Assembly (NCBI RefSeq): GCF_963921235.1
Contig: NC_086097.1
Coordinates: 180,608,001 to 180,672,000, forward strand
Direction: 5' to 3'
Source: Mobula hypostoma
Taxonomy: Eukaryota
Length of the DNA stretch: 64,000 nt
Of this stretch, positions 50,275-63,310 are shown piece by piece (the first letter of the stretch is position 1; every line of letters starts with the position of its first letter). The notes beneath the pieces are model-generated. The model searched no databases and was not told where the DNA came from. It saw only the letters and a list, made by a program, of their open reading frames with translations. The position numbers and the translations under genes are program-made.

Positions 50275-50397
50275 CTGTTTGAGCACCTTGTAGATGTAGA
50301 CAGAGTAACTCTCCTTCCTCCGGGGCTTACGTTTTGACAGTTTCTTGTCTCCATTTTTGGGAGCTGCTGCTGCCTTCTTCACTGGCTCATTAACCAT
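50275..50397 (-). CDS. H2BK1: Histone H2B variant (H2B.K-like), exon 1 (41 codons)
   Basis: MVNEPVKKAAAAPKNGDKKLSKRKPRRKESYSVYIYKVLKQ followed by donor CAG|GTAACT at 50275/50274. H2B is certain; the H2B.K assignment is inferred. Confidence 0.88.
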
Positions 50398-50479
50398 GCT
50401 GGGCAAACAAGACCGGGAACCCACCAGAATCCACAGGACAGAGGACCTCTCTCTCTCCAATCTAAACAAGAGGTAGTGG

Positions 50480-50650
50480 TTCCAATTCAGATTATTAAAT
50501 GGAACCTCACCTCTCCCTGCTTGTTAAGCAATTGACCAATCCCTCCTTTCCCAGATACATCTCACAGGGTTCAAATGAAGGTTAATACTCACCAATTGAA
50601 ATTATCCAATCCCCACCATGACTCCATTGAGCTCACAAGAATTGGTTTGA
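50480..50650 (-). promoter_or_regulatory. Putative H2B-variant promoter: CCAAT-box cluster and AT-rich TATA-like element
   Basis: CCAAT at 50482, 50536, 50592 and 50606, ATTGG at 50641, and ATTTAATAAT (minus strand) at 50491-50500, all within 250 bp upstream of the ATG. Confidence 0.5.
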
Positions 50651-50859
50651 TCAGGGCTGCAACCTAGTGGAAGAGTGCAGTAAACACAATAAAAGTGGGG
50701 ACAAGGAACAATTCTTCAACTAATTCACTACAACATAATTCTAAATAATGGCTTACTATTAATTCTGACCACATTTGGCTTATTATCTAGACCAAAGAAC
50801 TGAACTGCCCATTAGTGGCAACATTACCTCACCCAAACTCACAAAGAATTTACACTCAC

Positions 50860-51460
50860 CACCCTCTTCATCTTCCCTGCCGCCTTACCCACTGTCCTCC
50901 TCATCTCTCTGTCTCACCCACTGTCCTCCCCACCTCAGCTACCTCACCCACTATCCTAATTACCATTTCTGTCACCTCACCCATTACTCCCTGATTCTGC
51001 CAACTCACCCACTGTCCTCCTCGCCTCTGCTACCTCACCCACCTCTCTATCTTCAATGCCTCCTCACCTATTACTTCCCCCTCTCCTGTCACACCACCAC
51101 CCACTGCACCTTCCTTGCTACCTCATCCATTACTCCCCCATCTTCTCTGCACCTTCCCTTCTCACCTTCTATGCCTCCCCTCCCACAACCTCGCTGCCCA
51201 CTCCACCTTCCCTGCCACCTCATCACCTCAGTCTCCACCTTCTCTACCTCGCCCAGTGTCCTCCCCACCTAACCTGCCACCTCACTCACTACTCCCCCAC
51301 TTTCACTGTGACCTAATCCACCACTTCCTTATCTTCTCTGCCATCTCACCCACCACCCTCCTCACCCATAATCTTGCCACTCTCCCTGCCACTCCACCAC
51401 CACCCACTCCACCTTCCCTGCTTCCTCACTCACTGTCCTCCCCGCATCCTCTGCCATCTA
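50860..51460. repeat. Low-complexity pyrimidine-rich degenerate repeat (cctcacccac.. units)
   Basis: Recurrent acctcacccact/ctcccc motifs with almost no G on the plus strand. Confidence 0.7.
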
Positions 51461-52244
51461 GACTAACTTGCTTTCTCTTTCTCAGTTTTGATACAGGCTT
51501 TTCCACCTAAAACAGTAACATTTCTCTCTCCACAGCCACTGCCTGACTGCTGAATGCTTCTTTTCTTACTAGGGTTTATACTTTTTATTTAGATATACAG
51601 CACAATAACAGGTCCTTCTGGCCCAATGAGCATATGCTGTCCAATTACACCTATGTGACTGATTAACCTTTTCACATGTACATTTTCAGAATGTGGGAAG
51701 AAAGCCAGAGGAAATCCACACAGTCACGGGGAGAACATAAAACTCCTTACAGACAGTGGCGGAATTGAACCTGGGTCACTGGTGCTGTAATAGTATCATG
51801 CTAACTGCTACACTACAATGCCATTCTCAGTCCAGTCAAAAACAAGTGGCTACCCCCTTGAGCAGGTAGGAGTCGATACAAGTCTGTGGTTCTGGGTAAT
51901 GCGACCAGATTCAACATCCCACCATCACCAGGCCCTAACAGGGTTGTGAAGCTGCTCAACCCACTGAGTTCCTCCACCAGTTTATTTCCTTTACCCCAAG
52001 ATCCTGCTACCCACACATGTGAATGGCCAGCATAGCCTGACCCAGGAGCGGACACTCGTGGAGGTTCCCAAACAACCACTTCCCCATCATTCTGCTCCAC
52101 ACTGTATGCCCATATCCAAGAGTGTGGGGCTGAGGTGTATCCAGAAGCAAAGAAGCATTCCTTTCAAATATTCAAACAGACATTGCAGCTTCATATAAGA
52201 CCTTAAGTCTTAGGAGGACAATTAAGCCATTCAGCCCATCTCCT

Positions 52245-53285
52245 CCACAATCTCCATCAGCACAGGTGCACTACCAGGCTGTGTGCTTAGCTCCCTACTC
52301 TACTCACTTTATACTTATGACTGTGATGCTAAACACAGCTCCAAAGCCGTATTTAAGTTTGGTGATGACACCACTGTCATTGGCTGAATCAAAGGTGGTG
52401 ATGAATCAGGAGGGAGTTTGAAAATCTGATTGAGTGGCACCACAACAACCACCTCTTACTCAATGTCAGCAAGAATAAGCAGCTGAATATTGACGAGAAT
52501 GAGACAACTGGAGGTCCATAAGGCAGAGGTGGAGAATATCAGCAACTTTAAATTCCCCTGTGTTATTATTTCAGAGGATCTGGCTTGGGTCCAGCATGTA
52601 AGTGCCATTATGAAGAAAGCACAAAAGAGCCTTAACTTTCTTAGAAGTTTGCAAAGATTCAGTGTGACATCTAAAACTTCGACAAACTTCTATAAACGTG
52701 TGGTGGAGAAAATATTGACTGGTTTACAGCCTGGATTATGGACTGTTTTCCATATCAGGATTACAGCCTAGTATGGAAATACCAATGCCCTTGAATGGAA
52801 AATCCTACTGAATATGGGTAAACTCTCATCGCTGTTGAGATCATCTACACAGAACGCAATCACTGTAGGCAACGTCCACTATCAAGGACCCCCACTATCC
52901 AGGCCATGCTCTTTTCTCACTACTGCCATCATGAAGAAGGTACAGGGCCCTCAGGACCCACACCACCAGGTTCAGGGACGGTTATTACCTCTCAAGCATC
53001 ATGCTCTTGAAACTGTGGGAATAACTTTACTCAACTTCTCACTGAACTGTTCCCAGAATATATGGACTCACTTTCAAGGACTCATCATTTCGTGTCCTCA
53101 ATATTTATTGTATTTTCCCACTTTTACACATTGGTTGTTTGTTCGTCCTGTTGAGTGCAGTCTTTCATTGATTCTATTGTGTTTCTTAGATTTACTGTGT
53201 ATGCCCACAAGAAAATGAATCTCAGCGTTGTATTTGGTGATATATATGTACTTCGATAATAAATTTACTTTGAAATTTGAACTTA
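52245..53285 (+). mobile_element. Rex1/Babar 3' portion
   Basis: GCVLSSLLY, FGDDTTV, VENISNFKF..ISEDLAW; typical 3' end gataataaatttactttga. Confidence 0.75.
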
Positions 53286-53339
53286 TAGTTCTAGATATTG
53301 ATTTTCCACAGTTTAGGAATGTAGTTCAGAAAAGCGGAC

Positions 53340-54100
53340 CTGTCAATTTTCTTTTGAGGGAAACTTTAAATTTAAGAGATCAGTGGAAGAAGACCTGAGA
53401 GCTTGAGCAGGATTATAAAACAAAAATGGTTCTGTGACGTACTCCTGTCGCAGACCATTAAGAACTTTAAAAACAAGTAAGAGAAATTTAAAATCAACTC
53501 TAAAAGATACAGAAAGCCAATGCAGAGTAGCTCGGATGGGAGTGCTATGCTCCCTCTTTCTGGATTTAGCTAAAAGTCTAGCAGCGGCTTTCTGAATGAG
53601 TTGAAGGTTGTCAATAGATTGATTTGGAAGGCCAGTAAAAAGAGCATCTAGTCTATTCAATATAAAGGTGTGAATTAGTTTTTTAGCAATATTATGTGAC
53701 AGATACAGACATACCTTTGCAATATTTCTTAAATGTAGGAATGGTTACTTTCTTTATGAGAGATTTAAAATTCAAACCTGAGTGACGGATAACATCCAGG
53801 CTTATTACTTCCGATTTTACAAGGAGAGCCAAGTTCCCAAGTTTATCGAGAAATTAATCACTTTTGGCTTTGGGACCAACCAAAAGTATATCAGTTTTAT
53901 CTTCATTTAGTTTTAGGAAATTATTGCTCATCCATTTGTTTATTGCAGCCATACCAGAAGTCAGAGAAGATAGTGTGTTATCATCATCAGGCTCAACCAA
54001 CATACTTGATTGTGGAAATGAAGTTTATGTTCTCTAATGATGCCTCCTAAAGGGAGCATGTATACGAAGAGTAGGGGACCCTGAGCAACACCAAATGGCA
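53340..54100 (-). mobile_element. L2-clade LINE fragment
   Basis: RLD..ALFTGLP...LQLIQKAAARLL...H.TP...LHWL.V..RVDFK.LLLVFK.LNGL and upstream LKLNEDKTDILLV. Confidence 0.8.
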
Positions 54101-55884
54101 GACATCTGCCTGCCTGATTCTCTTAAATGTCCCTGTTGTATCAGTCTTATCACCACCCCGGGCAGTGTGTTCCAGGCACCCACCATACACTGTATATCCT
54201 AACTCTGATATCGCCCCTAAATTTTCCTCCTCTCATCTTAAACGGATATCCTCTGGCATTGTCTGTTGTGATCTTGAGGAAAAGGTGCTGAGTTTCCACT
54301 CTAATTATGTCTCTCATAATCCTATGCAACTATCAAGTCACCTCTCATTCTCCTTCGCTCCAAAGAGAAAAGTCCTAGCTCGCTCAAATTTTCCTCATAA
54401 AATATTATCTCTAATCCAAGCAATATCCTGGTAAATCTCTTCTGCACCTTCTAAAATTGCCATGTCCTTCCTATAATAATGTAACACTCATTATATGGCA
54501 GGATTCTTAACCGTGTGGAGGAACAGAGGGTTCAAGAGGCATGCGGTTATGTCGCAGCTCTATAAAACCCTAGTTAAACCACACTTGTTTTCAAGTCTGA
54601 AGTGTTTTTAAAAAAATGACTCATGACTGTTGCAAGGAGCAGTGGTCTGGGAGCCCATGAAACCTTATCTGTTTCATTAGACGAGGGGCTGTAGCAAGAT
54701 ACAGCAGGGAAACAGGCCCTTCGGCACACTGTCAGTGACAACCAACAACCACCCATATATACTGATTCTCCACTAACCATGCTTTATTCTCACTACATTC
54801 CCAACAATTCCACAATATTAGAGCATAAGACCTTAAGACATAGGAGCAGATTTAGGCCATTCAGCCCATCAGATCAGCTCCACTGTTCCATCATGACTAG
54901 TTAGAGATTGGCAGGTATGATGTTGCAGGCATCACTGAGTTGAGGCTGAAAGAAGATCATAGCTGGGTGTTTAACATCCAAGGGGTGTTAAGACCTAACT
55001 ATCCTCAGCCTCTTCCACTCCTGGGGTGAGGATCAACACAAACCAGAGGACAGCACCCCATGTTTTGCTTGGGTAGGCCATATGAACATAGTTTTCTCAA
55101 ATTTCAAGTAGCCCTCCTCTCCCGATCCTCCTCTGGTCCCCTACCCCATTCTTGTCCCCTTTCCAACATGCTTCCTCCAGTTCTACATCACAGTTTTTAT
55201 CCCCCTCCTAGTTCCATTCACCTTCTGATTCTTCTCCTATCCAATCCCCTCTTTTTGCATCTGGTTCTGTCTTCCACTTCATCAGAGCCCAGCCCTGATG
55301 GATCAGTAAGGGGAGAACTTATTATTTATAATAAGTTATTGTAATAACATTATATATAATAATACTTATTATAAATGATAATTTCTCACCTTATTGATCA
55401 GAATCCAGCACTGATAACCCACAGACATAAAAGCAGAAATGGACCCTTTGGCCCATCCTGTCTACTCTACCATTCAATCATGTCTGATTAGTTTCTGTCT
55501 CAACCCCATCCTTCTGCTTTCTCCCCATAATCTTTGATGCCCTTACTAATTAAGAACCTATTAATCTCTGCTTTAAATACACCCAATGACTTGGCCTCCA
55601 CAGCCATCTGTGGCAATGAACTCCATGGATTCGCCACTCTCTGCCTAAATAAATTTTTCCTCATCTCTGTTTTAAAGGATGAGGCAGTGCCCTCTGGTCC
55701 TAGACTCTAATGGAAGCATCCTCTGCACATCCACTCTACTTTGGCCTTTCAGTATTTGGTATGTTTCAATGAGATCCTCCATCATTCCTCTAAATTCCAG
55801 TAAGTACAGGCCCAGAGCTATCGAATGTTCCTCCTGCATTAACTCCTCATTCACAGGATAATTCTCGTGAACCTTCTTTGGACC

Positions 55885-56638
55885 TGAAAGCCCTTCCCCT
55901 GCTTAGCTCCCTCCAGCAGCTGTCTCCACTTTCACTTTTGGTAGGCCCATTGTCTTGCCTGCTTCTGCTCCACTGAACTCGTATCTGTGTACCTTGACTC
56001 TATTCTCTCCCCCTTTGTTCATTCCCCTCCCACCTACATCTGCAACTCTTTACATGCTCTTGATCTCCTCAACAACTTCCAATTTCCTGGCCCTGACCGC
56101 CTTATTTTCACCATGGATATCCAGTCCCCATACATTTCTATCCCCCAGCAATAAGGCCTTAAAGCTCTCCACTTCTGTCTTAGTTCCCCTCCACCACCAC
56201 ACTCCTTCGTCTAGCAGAACTGGCCCTCACCCTCAATGATTTCTCCTTTGGCTCCTCCCACTTTCTCAAAACTCAAGAAGTAGCCATAGGCATCTGCATG
56301 GGCCCCAGCCATGCCTGCCTTTTCGCTGGCTACATAGAACAGTCGATGTTCCAAGCCATCCCTGGTAATGCTCGCAAACTCTTCCTGTGCTGATTGACAT
56401 CTTCAACGGTGTTGTTTCGTACACCCATGATGAGCTCGACAATTAAATCAACTTTGCCTCCAACTTTCATCCTATCCTTAAATTCACTTGGTCTATTTCT
56501 GACACCTCCTTTTCCTTTTTTGATATCTCTGTCTTCATCTCTGGAGACAAATTGTCAACCGGCATCTTTTATAAGCCTACTGATTCCCATAGCTCTCTTG
56601 ACTATACCTCTTTCCACACTGTCTCCTGTAAAAATGTT
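55885..56638 (+). mobile_element. Penelope-like element RT fragment (continues at 61581-62350 and 63650-64000)
   Basis: Decayed LIFTMDIQS, FLKTQEVAIG.CMGP.HAC, FPFLD motifs; thumb and GIY-YIG remnants resume right after the BEL element. Confidence 0.7.
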
Positions 56639-57725
56639 TGTAGAAGCCGTACATCTGTTTTTTTTGCCTGCATTGTATTCTATTTTGCCCATTTATTATG
56701 TTTATTATGGTAGCAAGTAACGTGGGTGGGGGCATGGTAAAAGCAAAGGGAATAAGTTACATATTCATGCTTTGTCTTGGGTGATTTAGAGCTGGGGATC
56801 ACTGGGTATGATATCATTTGTTGATTGCTTAATTACATTTGAAATTGCTTAACTTTGCTTAATGTTTAAAATCACTAGTATTAGTTTCATCACTTTGAGA
56901 TTGTATGTTTTGCTAATATTGCTAATAAAGGATCGAATATATTTCTTCGACCTTTTGAACATTATTATTGGATTAAAATAGAAGGTGCATTACACAGGAT
57001 AACTCCCTGTACTTGGTCTCTAGCAGCGCCGTTGGCTTGTTCGAGTAGCCGCTACATTTTGTCAATAAAAGATTTTGACAGTGATACAAAATGAACATCA
57101 GCATTCAGACGTGTAAGTGAAATTAGAAGCAATGCCACCAGGAGCAGCTTGTGGCAAGAAACTACCTTTTGTTGATTCTTGCTGAGTGTTCAGTGTTAGA
57201 ACAGAGTTTGGAATGGTCATCACTGACCATAAACTCTATAGTGTGATGTTGGCCTAAGAGTTTGGCTCTTGATTTGTTGCTTGGTTCTGTTGAAATGCTG
57301 AAATATTTTGATTGCCGACATTTGAATTGAATACCGTTGTTTTATCTGGTTCAGATACTTGGAAAACAACATGAGTCAAGCTGAAAGCAGTGACCTTGAA
57401 GTCAGAACTTAAAAAATAAACTTACTGAGAAACTATGGTAAATAAAATTAACAGTGTTAAAAAGAAATATAATAAAATTATTAAGTAGATTAAAGATTTA
57501 ATACCATTAATTAGAAGTTTTCTGCAAGAAGTCTCACAAGTAGTTTCATTTGGACGACTTGAATTATCTTTGTGAAGATATTGCTAAGCAATATAATGTG
57601 TTGTTGTTTTTAATTCCTATCTCAGAGCAAGGTAAACAAACCAAAAGCTTTGCAAATATTGAGACTCTTATTAATACAGTCACAGTAGAGGCCGAACAAT
57701 GGCTGAAGCTAACATGTTATATTGA

Positions 57726-57873
57726 CTCTTCCTTCAGTTAGTCCTGACGAAGGGTCTCGGCCTGAAACGTCGACTGCGCCTCTTCCTATAGATGCTGCTT
57801 GGCCTGCTGCGTTCACCAGCAACTTTGATGTATGTTGCTTGAATTTCCAGCATCTGCAGAATTCCTGTTGTTT
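57726..57873 (+). mobile_element. Solo Penelope terminal unit (148 bp) with hammerhead motif at 57740-57775
   Basis: AGTC-CTGACGA-AGGGTCTCGGCCT-GAAACGTC-GACT; perfect 12-bp TSD ATGTTATATTGA (57714-57725, 57874-57885). Confidence 0.8.
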
Positions 57874-58229
57874 ATGTTATATTGAAGATCAAGTTGCTGG
57901 AGCAAATGAAAATATTTATCAAACTCCTGCGAATGCTTTCACTGTTAAAGCTGAATGATTTTCAGGATGATGTGCACCTGGATGACAATGCGTCTAATGT
58001 GCATGCAGCAGGTTCTTTTGCTAGCAACACATCCCTTGCATCTTATACATCCTTGGCAGGCGTTAGAATGGAGAATGATTTCGCTGAGTTATGCGCAATG
58101 CAACAAATATTGAAGGACAAACGTGTATTAGAAGAACAAGAAGAACAGATGGAAGAACAGCTTCAGAGAAACAAAGAAACTTTGGAGAAAAATGGAGCAG
58201 CTTAAGTAGCAGGAGGAAATTGCAGATGA

Positions 58230-60490
58230 TAAGACATAGGAGCAGAATTAGGCCATTCAACCCATTGAGTCTGCTCCACCATTCCATCATGGCTGATCCT
58301 AGATCCCATTCAACTCCATACACCTGCCTTTTCACAATATCTTTTGATGCCCTGACCAATCAGGAAACTATCAACTTCTGCCTGAAATATATCCACAGAC
58401 TTGGCCTACACCGCAATCTACGGCAGAGCATTCTACAGATTCACTACTGTCTGACTTAAAAGAAAAATCATGTTACCTCTATTCTAACAACTCGCCCCTC
58501 AATTTTGAGGCTGTGCCCTCTAGTTCTGGATACCCGTACCATAAGATACATCCTCTAAGAAATATCCACATCCACCCTATCTAATCATTTCAACATTCGT
58601 AGGTTTCAGTGAGATCTCCCTGCATTCTTCTAAATTCCAGCAAGTACAGGCCCAAAGTTGCCAAATACTCCTCATATGTTAACCCTTTCATTCCCAGAAT
58701 CGTCCTCGCGAGCCTCCTCTGGACTCTCTCCAATGACAACACATCCTTTCTGAGATATGGGGCCCAAAGCTGTTGACAATACTCCAAGTGCGGCCTGACT
58801 AGTGTCTTATAAAGCCTCAGCATTATCTCCTTGTTTTCACATTCTATTCCCCTTGAAATAAATGCCAACGTTGCATTTGCCTTCTTTACCACAGACTCAG
58901 CCTGTAAGTTAATCTGGGAGTCTTGCACAAGGACTCTAAGTCCCTCTGCCCCTATAATGTTTGAATCTTCTCCCCATTTAGTCTGCACTATTGTTCCTAT
59001 TAGCAAAATGCATGATCATACATCCCCCAACACCATATTCCATCTGCCACAATTTTGCCCATTATTCCAATATGTCTAAGTCCTGCTGCAATCGCATTGC
59101 TTCCTCAGCACTACCTACCCCTCCACTTATCTTCGTATCATCTGCAAACTTTGCCACAAAGCCATCAATTCCGGTATCTAAATCATTGACAAAGAATGTG
59201 AAAGGTACCGGTACCAATACTGACCTCAGGAATACCTCTAGTTACTGGCAGTCAACCAGAAAAGGCCCTTTTTATTCCCATTCGCTGCCTCCTGCCTGTC
59301 AGCCATTCCTCTATCCATGCCAGTATCTTTCCTGTAACACCACAAGATTTTATGTTGTTAAGCAGCCTCATGTGTGGCACCTTGTCAAAGACCTTCTGAA
59401 AATCCAAGTAAATTACATCCACTGCCTCTCCTTTGTCCACCTTGCTTGTTAATTCCTCGAAGAACCCTAACAGATGTGTCAGGCAAGATTTCCCTTTACA
59501 GAAAGCATGGACTTTGACTTATATTATCATTAGTCTCCAAGTACCCCAAAACCTTATCCTTAATAAAAGACTCCAACACTTTCACAAGCTCTGAGGTCAG
59601 GCTAACTGGCCTATAATTTCCTTTCTTTTCCCTTCCTCCTTTAAAGAGTGGAATGACATTTGCAATCTTCCACTCCTCTGGGACCATGTCAGAATCAAGT
59701 GATTCTTCAAAGATCATGACCAATGCATTCCGTTATCTCTTCAGCAATCTCCTTCAAGACTCTTTGATGTAGTCCATCTGATCTAGGTGACCTTTGAGTC
59801 TGCCTAGCATTTTTTCCTTTCAATAGCAATGGCACTCACTCCAGCTCCCTGACACCGACACACCTCTGGCACATGGCTCGTGTCTTCCACAGTAGAGACT
59901 GATGCAAGGTACCTATTAAGTTCGTCTGGCATTTCTTTGTCCATATTACTACCTCACCAGCATCATTTTCCAGTGGTCCAATATCAACTGTGTTCTCCCT
60001 TTTACTCTTTATATGACTGAAGAAACTTCTAGGATCCTGCTGCATATTATTGGCTAGTTTGCCCTCATATTTCATCTTTTCCCTTCTTATAGCTTTTTTA
60101 GTTGCCTTTTATTGGGTTTTAAAAGCTTCCCAATCATCTAATTTGCAATCTCACTTCTGCGACCTTAAATATGCCCTTTCCTTGGTTTTTATGCAGTCCT
60201 TAACTTCCTTTGTCAGCCATGGTTCCATAGCCCTGCCATTTGAGAACTTCTTCTGTGGGACATATCTATCCTATGCCTTGTGAACTATTCCCAGAAACTT
60301 CAGCCATCTCTGCTCTGCCATCCTCCTCGCCAGTATGCTCCTCCAATCTACCTGGCAAACTCCTCTCTCATGCTTCTGTAATTCCCTTTATTCCATTGCA
60401 GTACTGATACATGTGATTTATGCTTCTCTCTCTCAAATTGCGGCATGAATTCAATCATGTTCACTGCCTCCTGAGGGTTTCTTAACATTA
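58230..60490 (-). mobile_element. CR1 LINE nested in the BEL element
   Basis: NYRPVSLTS, DFQKVFDKVPH, RPHLEYCQQLWAP in broken ORFs. Confidence 0.88.
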
Positions 60491-60659
60491 AGATACTGTT
60501 GCGCAGTTACACTATTTTACAGACGTGAGTGAAGATGGCTTTGGAGCAGTGACCTACCTATTGCTGCATAACTCAATGTTTGCGGATACCCAGTGCTTTT
60601 ATCATGGGAAAATCTAGGGTAGCTCAGTTGAAGTTGGTTTCCATCCCTCAAATTCTGAT

Positions 60660-61220
60660 ATCAAGTCCTTGGAGCGCTTCCACATAAGCTGCCTCCAGCA
60701 CATCCTGGGAATTACCTGGCGCGAGTGAGTGCCTCACACTGAAATACTTGTAAAGACCAACTGCAGAAGTATTGAGGCCATGATCACCCAGCGCCAGCTG
60801 CAGTGGCTGGGGCACGTGATAAGGATGCCCCCATGTCGGCTACCCTGCAGAGTGTTATACGGCCAGCTACATCATGGTCGATGCTCAGCTGGAAGGCCAA
60901 TGAAGCACTATAAGGATCAGGTGAAGAATGCTTTCAGGAAGTGCAAGATTAGACCCAAGGACCTGGAGGATGTTGCTGCTGACCGTACCACTTGGCAACA
61001 GCTGTGTAGGGACAGGTTTCGTATTCTGGAGATGGAAAGAACAACCAGAAGACAGCAGAAGAGAGCCAGAAGAAATGCAGCCATGGTTGTCACCACTACC
61101 ACGTATACATGTCCTACCTGCAATAGAGCTTGTGGGTCCAGGATAGGACTGTATAGTCATCAAAGATCTCACCGTTAAAGGAGTGGACGTCGTCATCGGA
61201 CTTAGATGGACAACCGAAGA
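60660..61220 (+). mobile_element. RTE-clade LINE 3' fragment
   Basis: QLQWLGHVIRMP..RLP..VLYGQL..G..SAGRP...YKD, C-terminal CPTCNRACGSRIGLYSHQRSH zinc finger, short 3' tail. Confidence 0.88.
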
Positions 61221-62351
61221 GGTAGCTGGTCACGTTGGTGGGGGCGTCATAAAAGCGAAGGGAATAAGTTACGTATTCATACTTTGTTATGGGCAATTTA
61301 GAGCTGGGGACTGCCAGGTGAGATATATTTTTGCTGATTGCTTAATTACATTTGAAATCATTTAACTCTGCTTAAGTAAGTTTAATATTGCTAGTTTTAG
61401 CTTCATTAGTTTCATCACTTCAAGATTGTATGTTTTACTAGTTACTAATAATGGATTGAATATATTTCTTCGACTTTTCTGAACATTATTACTGGATTGG
61501 ATCAGAGGGGGCGTCATACAGGATGATTCCCAGTGCTTTGTCTTTTACAGTGATGTTGGTTTGTTCGAGTAGCTACTACAGTGCCATTTGCTTTTCTCGG
61601 TTCCTTCGTTTCTACCATATCAGTTCCCAGGATGAGGTTTTCCTTTCTAGGACATCAGAGATAGAAACAGAGACATCTACAGCACATTACAGGCCCTTCG
61701 GCCCACAATGTTGTGCTGACCATTTAACCTACGTTAGAAACTGCAAAGTATTTCCCTACTGCATAGCCCTCTATTTTTTAAGCTCCGTGTACCTAAGAGT
61801 CTCTTAAAGGAGCCAATTGTATCCCAATGTTCGCTTTCGTCAAAGAAGAGAGTTTCTCTTTTCTCCAACATCTCCTTCATTTCCATGACATCTGCACTCA
61901 CCTCATCTTCCCACTGTCTTAATTGTTCCTCTTGTCCTTACCTACCACCACATGAACCTCTGTACCCAACACATCATTCTCTGCAACTTCTGCAATCTTC
62001 AACAGGATCCTACCATCAAACACATCTCTCCACTTTCCACAGGGATCACTCCCTCCATGATTCCTTTGTCCATTCATCACTACCCACTAATCTCCCTCTT
62101 GACACTTATCCCTGCAAGTAGCCAAAGTGCTACACCTATCCATTTACCTCCTTCCTCACCTCCATTCAGGGCCCCAAACTGTCATTCAAGGTGAGGCAAC
62201 ACTTCACCTGCTAGTCTGTTGTGGAATCCGGTGCCCCCAATGCAGTCTCTTCTATATTAGTGAAACCTGTGTAAGTTGGGGGACCTCTTTTTCAAGCACC
62301 TCCACACCATCCACAAAAAGCAGAATTTCTGTGGTCAACCATTTTAATTCC

Positions 62352-63310
62352 TTAATGATGGATGCTACTTTTTTGAGGCATCGCCTTATAAGGGTGTCCT
62401 CGATGCCGGGGATGCTGGTGCCCATGATGCAGCTGGCTGAGTTTACAACTTCCTGCAGCTTTTTCTAACTCTGTGCAGTGCCCCCTCCATACCAGACAGT
62501 GATGACACCAGTTAGAGTGCCCTTCATGATATACTTGTGGAAATTTTTGAGTCTTTGATGACATACAAGACTTCTCAAACTCCTAATGAAATATAGCTGC
62601 TGTCATGAATTCTCTGTAATTGCATCAAAATGTTGGACCCATGATAGAACTTCAATGTTGACACCCAGAGACTTGAAATTACTCGCCATTTCTACTGCTG
62701 ATCCCATAATAAGGACTGGTGTGTGTTCCCATGACTTTCCCTTCTGAAGTTCATAATCAATTCCTTTGTCTTACTGACATTCAGTGCAAGATTGCTGTTG
62801 TGACACCACTCAACCAGCTGATCTATCTTGGTCCTGTATGCTTCCTTGTCCCATCTGAATTTTTGCCAACAATAGATTGATGGGTGGCATTTTGCTGTGC
62901 CTAGCCACACAGTCATGGGTGTAGAGTAGAGCAGTGGGCTAAGCACACATCCTTGAGGTGTGCCAGTGTTGATTGTCAGTGAGGAGCAGATGTTATTTCT
63001 GATCTGCACTGGCTGTAGTCTCCCAGTGAGGAAGTCAAGCATACAGTTGCAGAGGGAGGTACAGAGACACAAGTTTTGGAGCTTATTGATTAGTATTGAG
63101 GGTATGAGCTGTAATCACTAAACAGCAGCCTGATGTAGGTATTACTATTGTCCAAGGCCAAGTAGAGAGCCAGTGAGACTGCATATGCTGTAGACCTATT
63201 GTGGCAATAGGCAAATTGCAGCTGTTCAGGGTCCTTGCTTAGACAGTTGATTCTGGCCATGACCAACCTCAAAGTACTTCATCACAGTAGATATGAGTGC
63301 AACTGGAGTG
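62352..63310 (-). mobile_element. Rex1/Babar fragment
   Basis: [47 protein letters not shown]. Confidence 0.8.

Larger units (their letters stand above)
56639..61580 (+). mobile_element. BEL/Pao LTR retrotransposon remnant
   Basis: 5' LTR 56639-57056 (TGTAG...CTACA) is homologous to ~61221-61580. Gag-like DDVHLDDNASNV...LKDKRVLEEQEEQ; RNase H-like AQLHYFTDVSEDGFGAVTYL...AFIMGKSRVAQLKLVSIP at ~60500-60655. Confidence 0.8.

Noticed and set aside
50775..51510. Pro/His/Leu-rich ORFs upstream of H2B
   Set aside because: Products of low-complexity pyrimidine repeats that lack stop codons.
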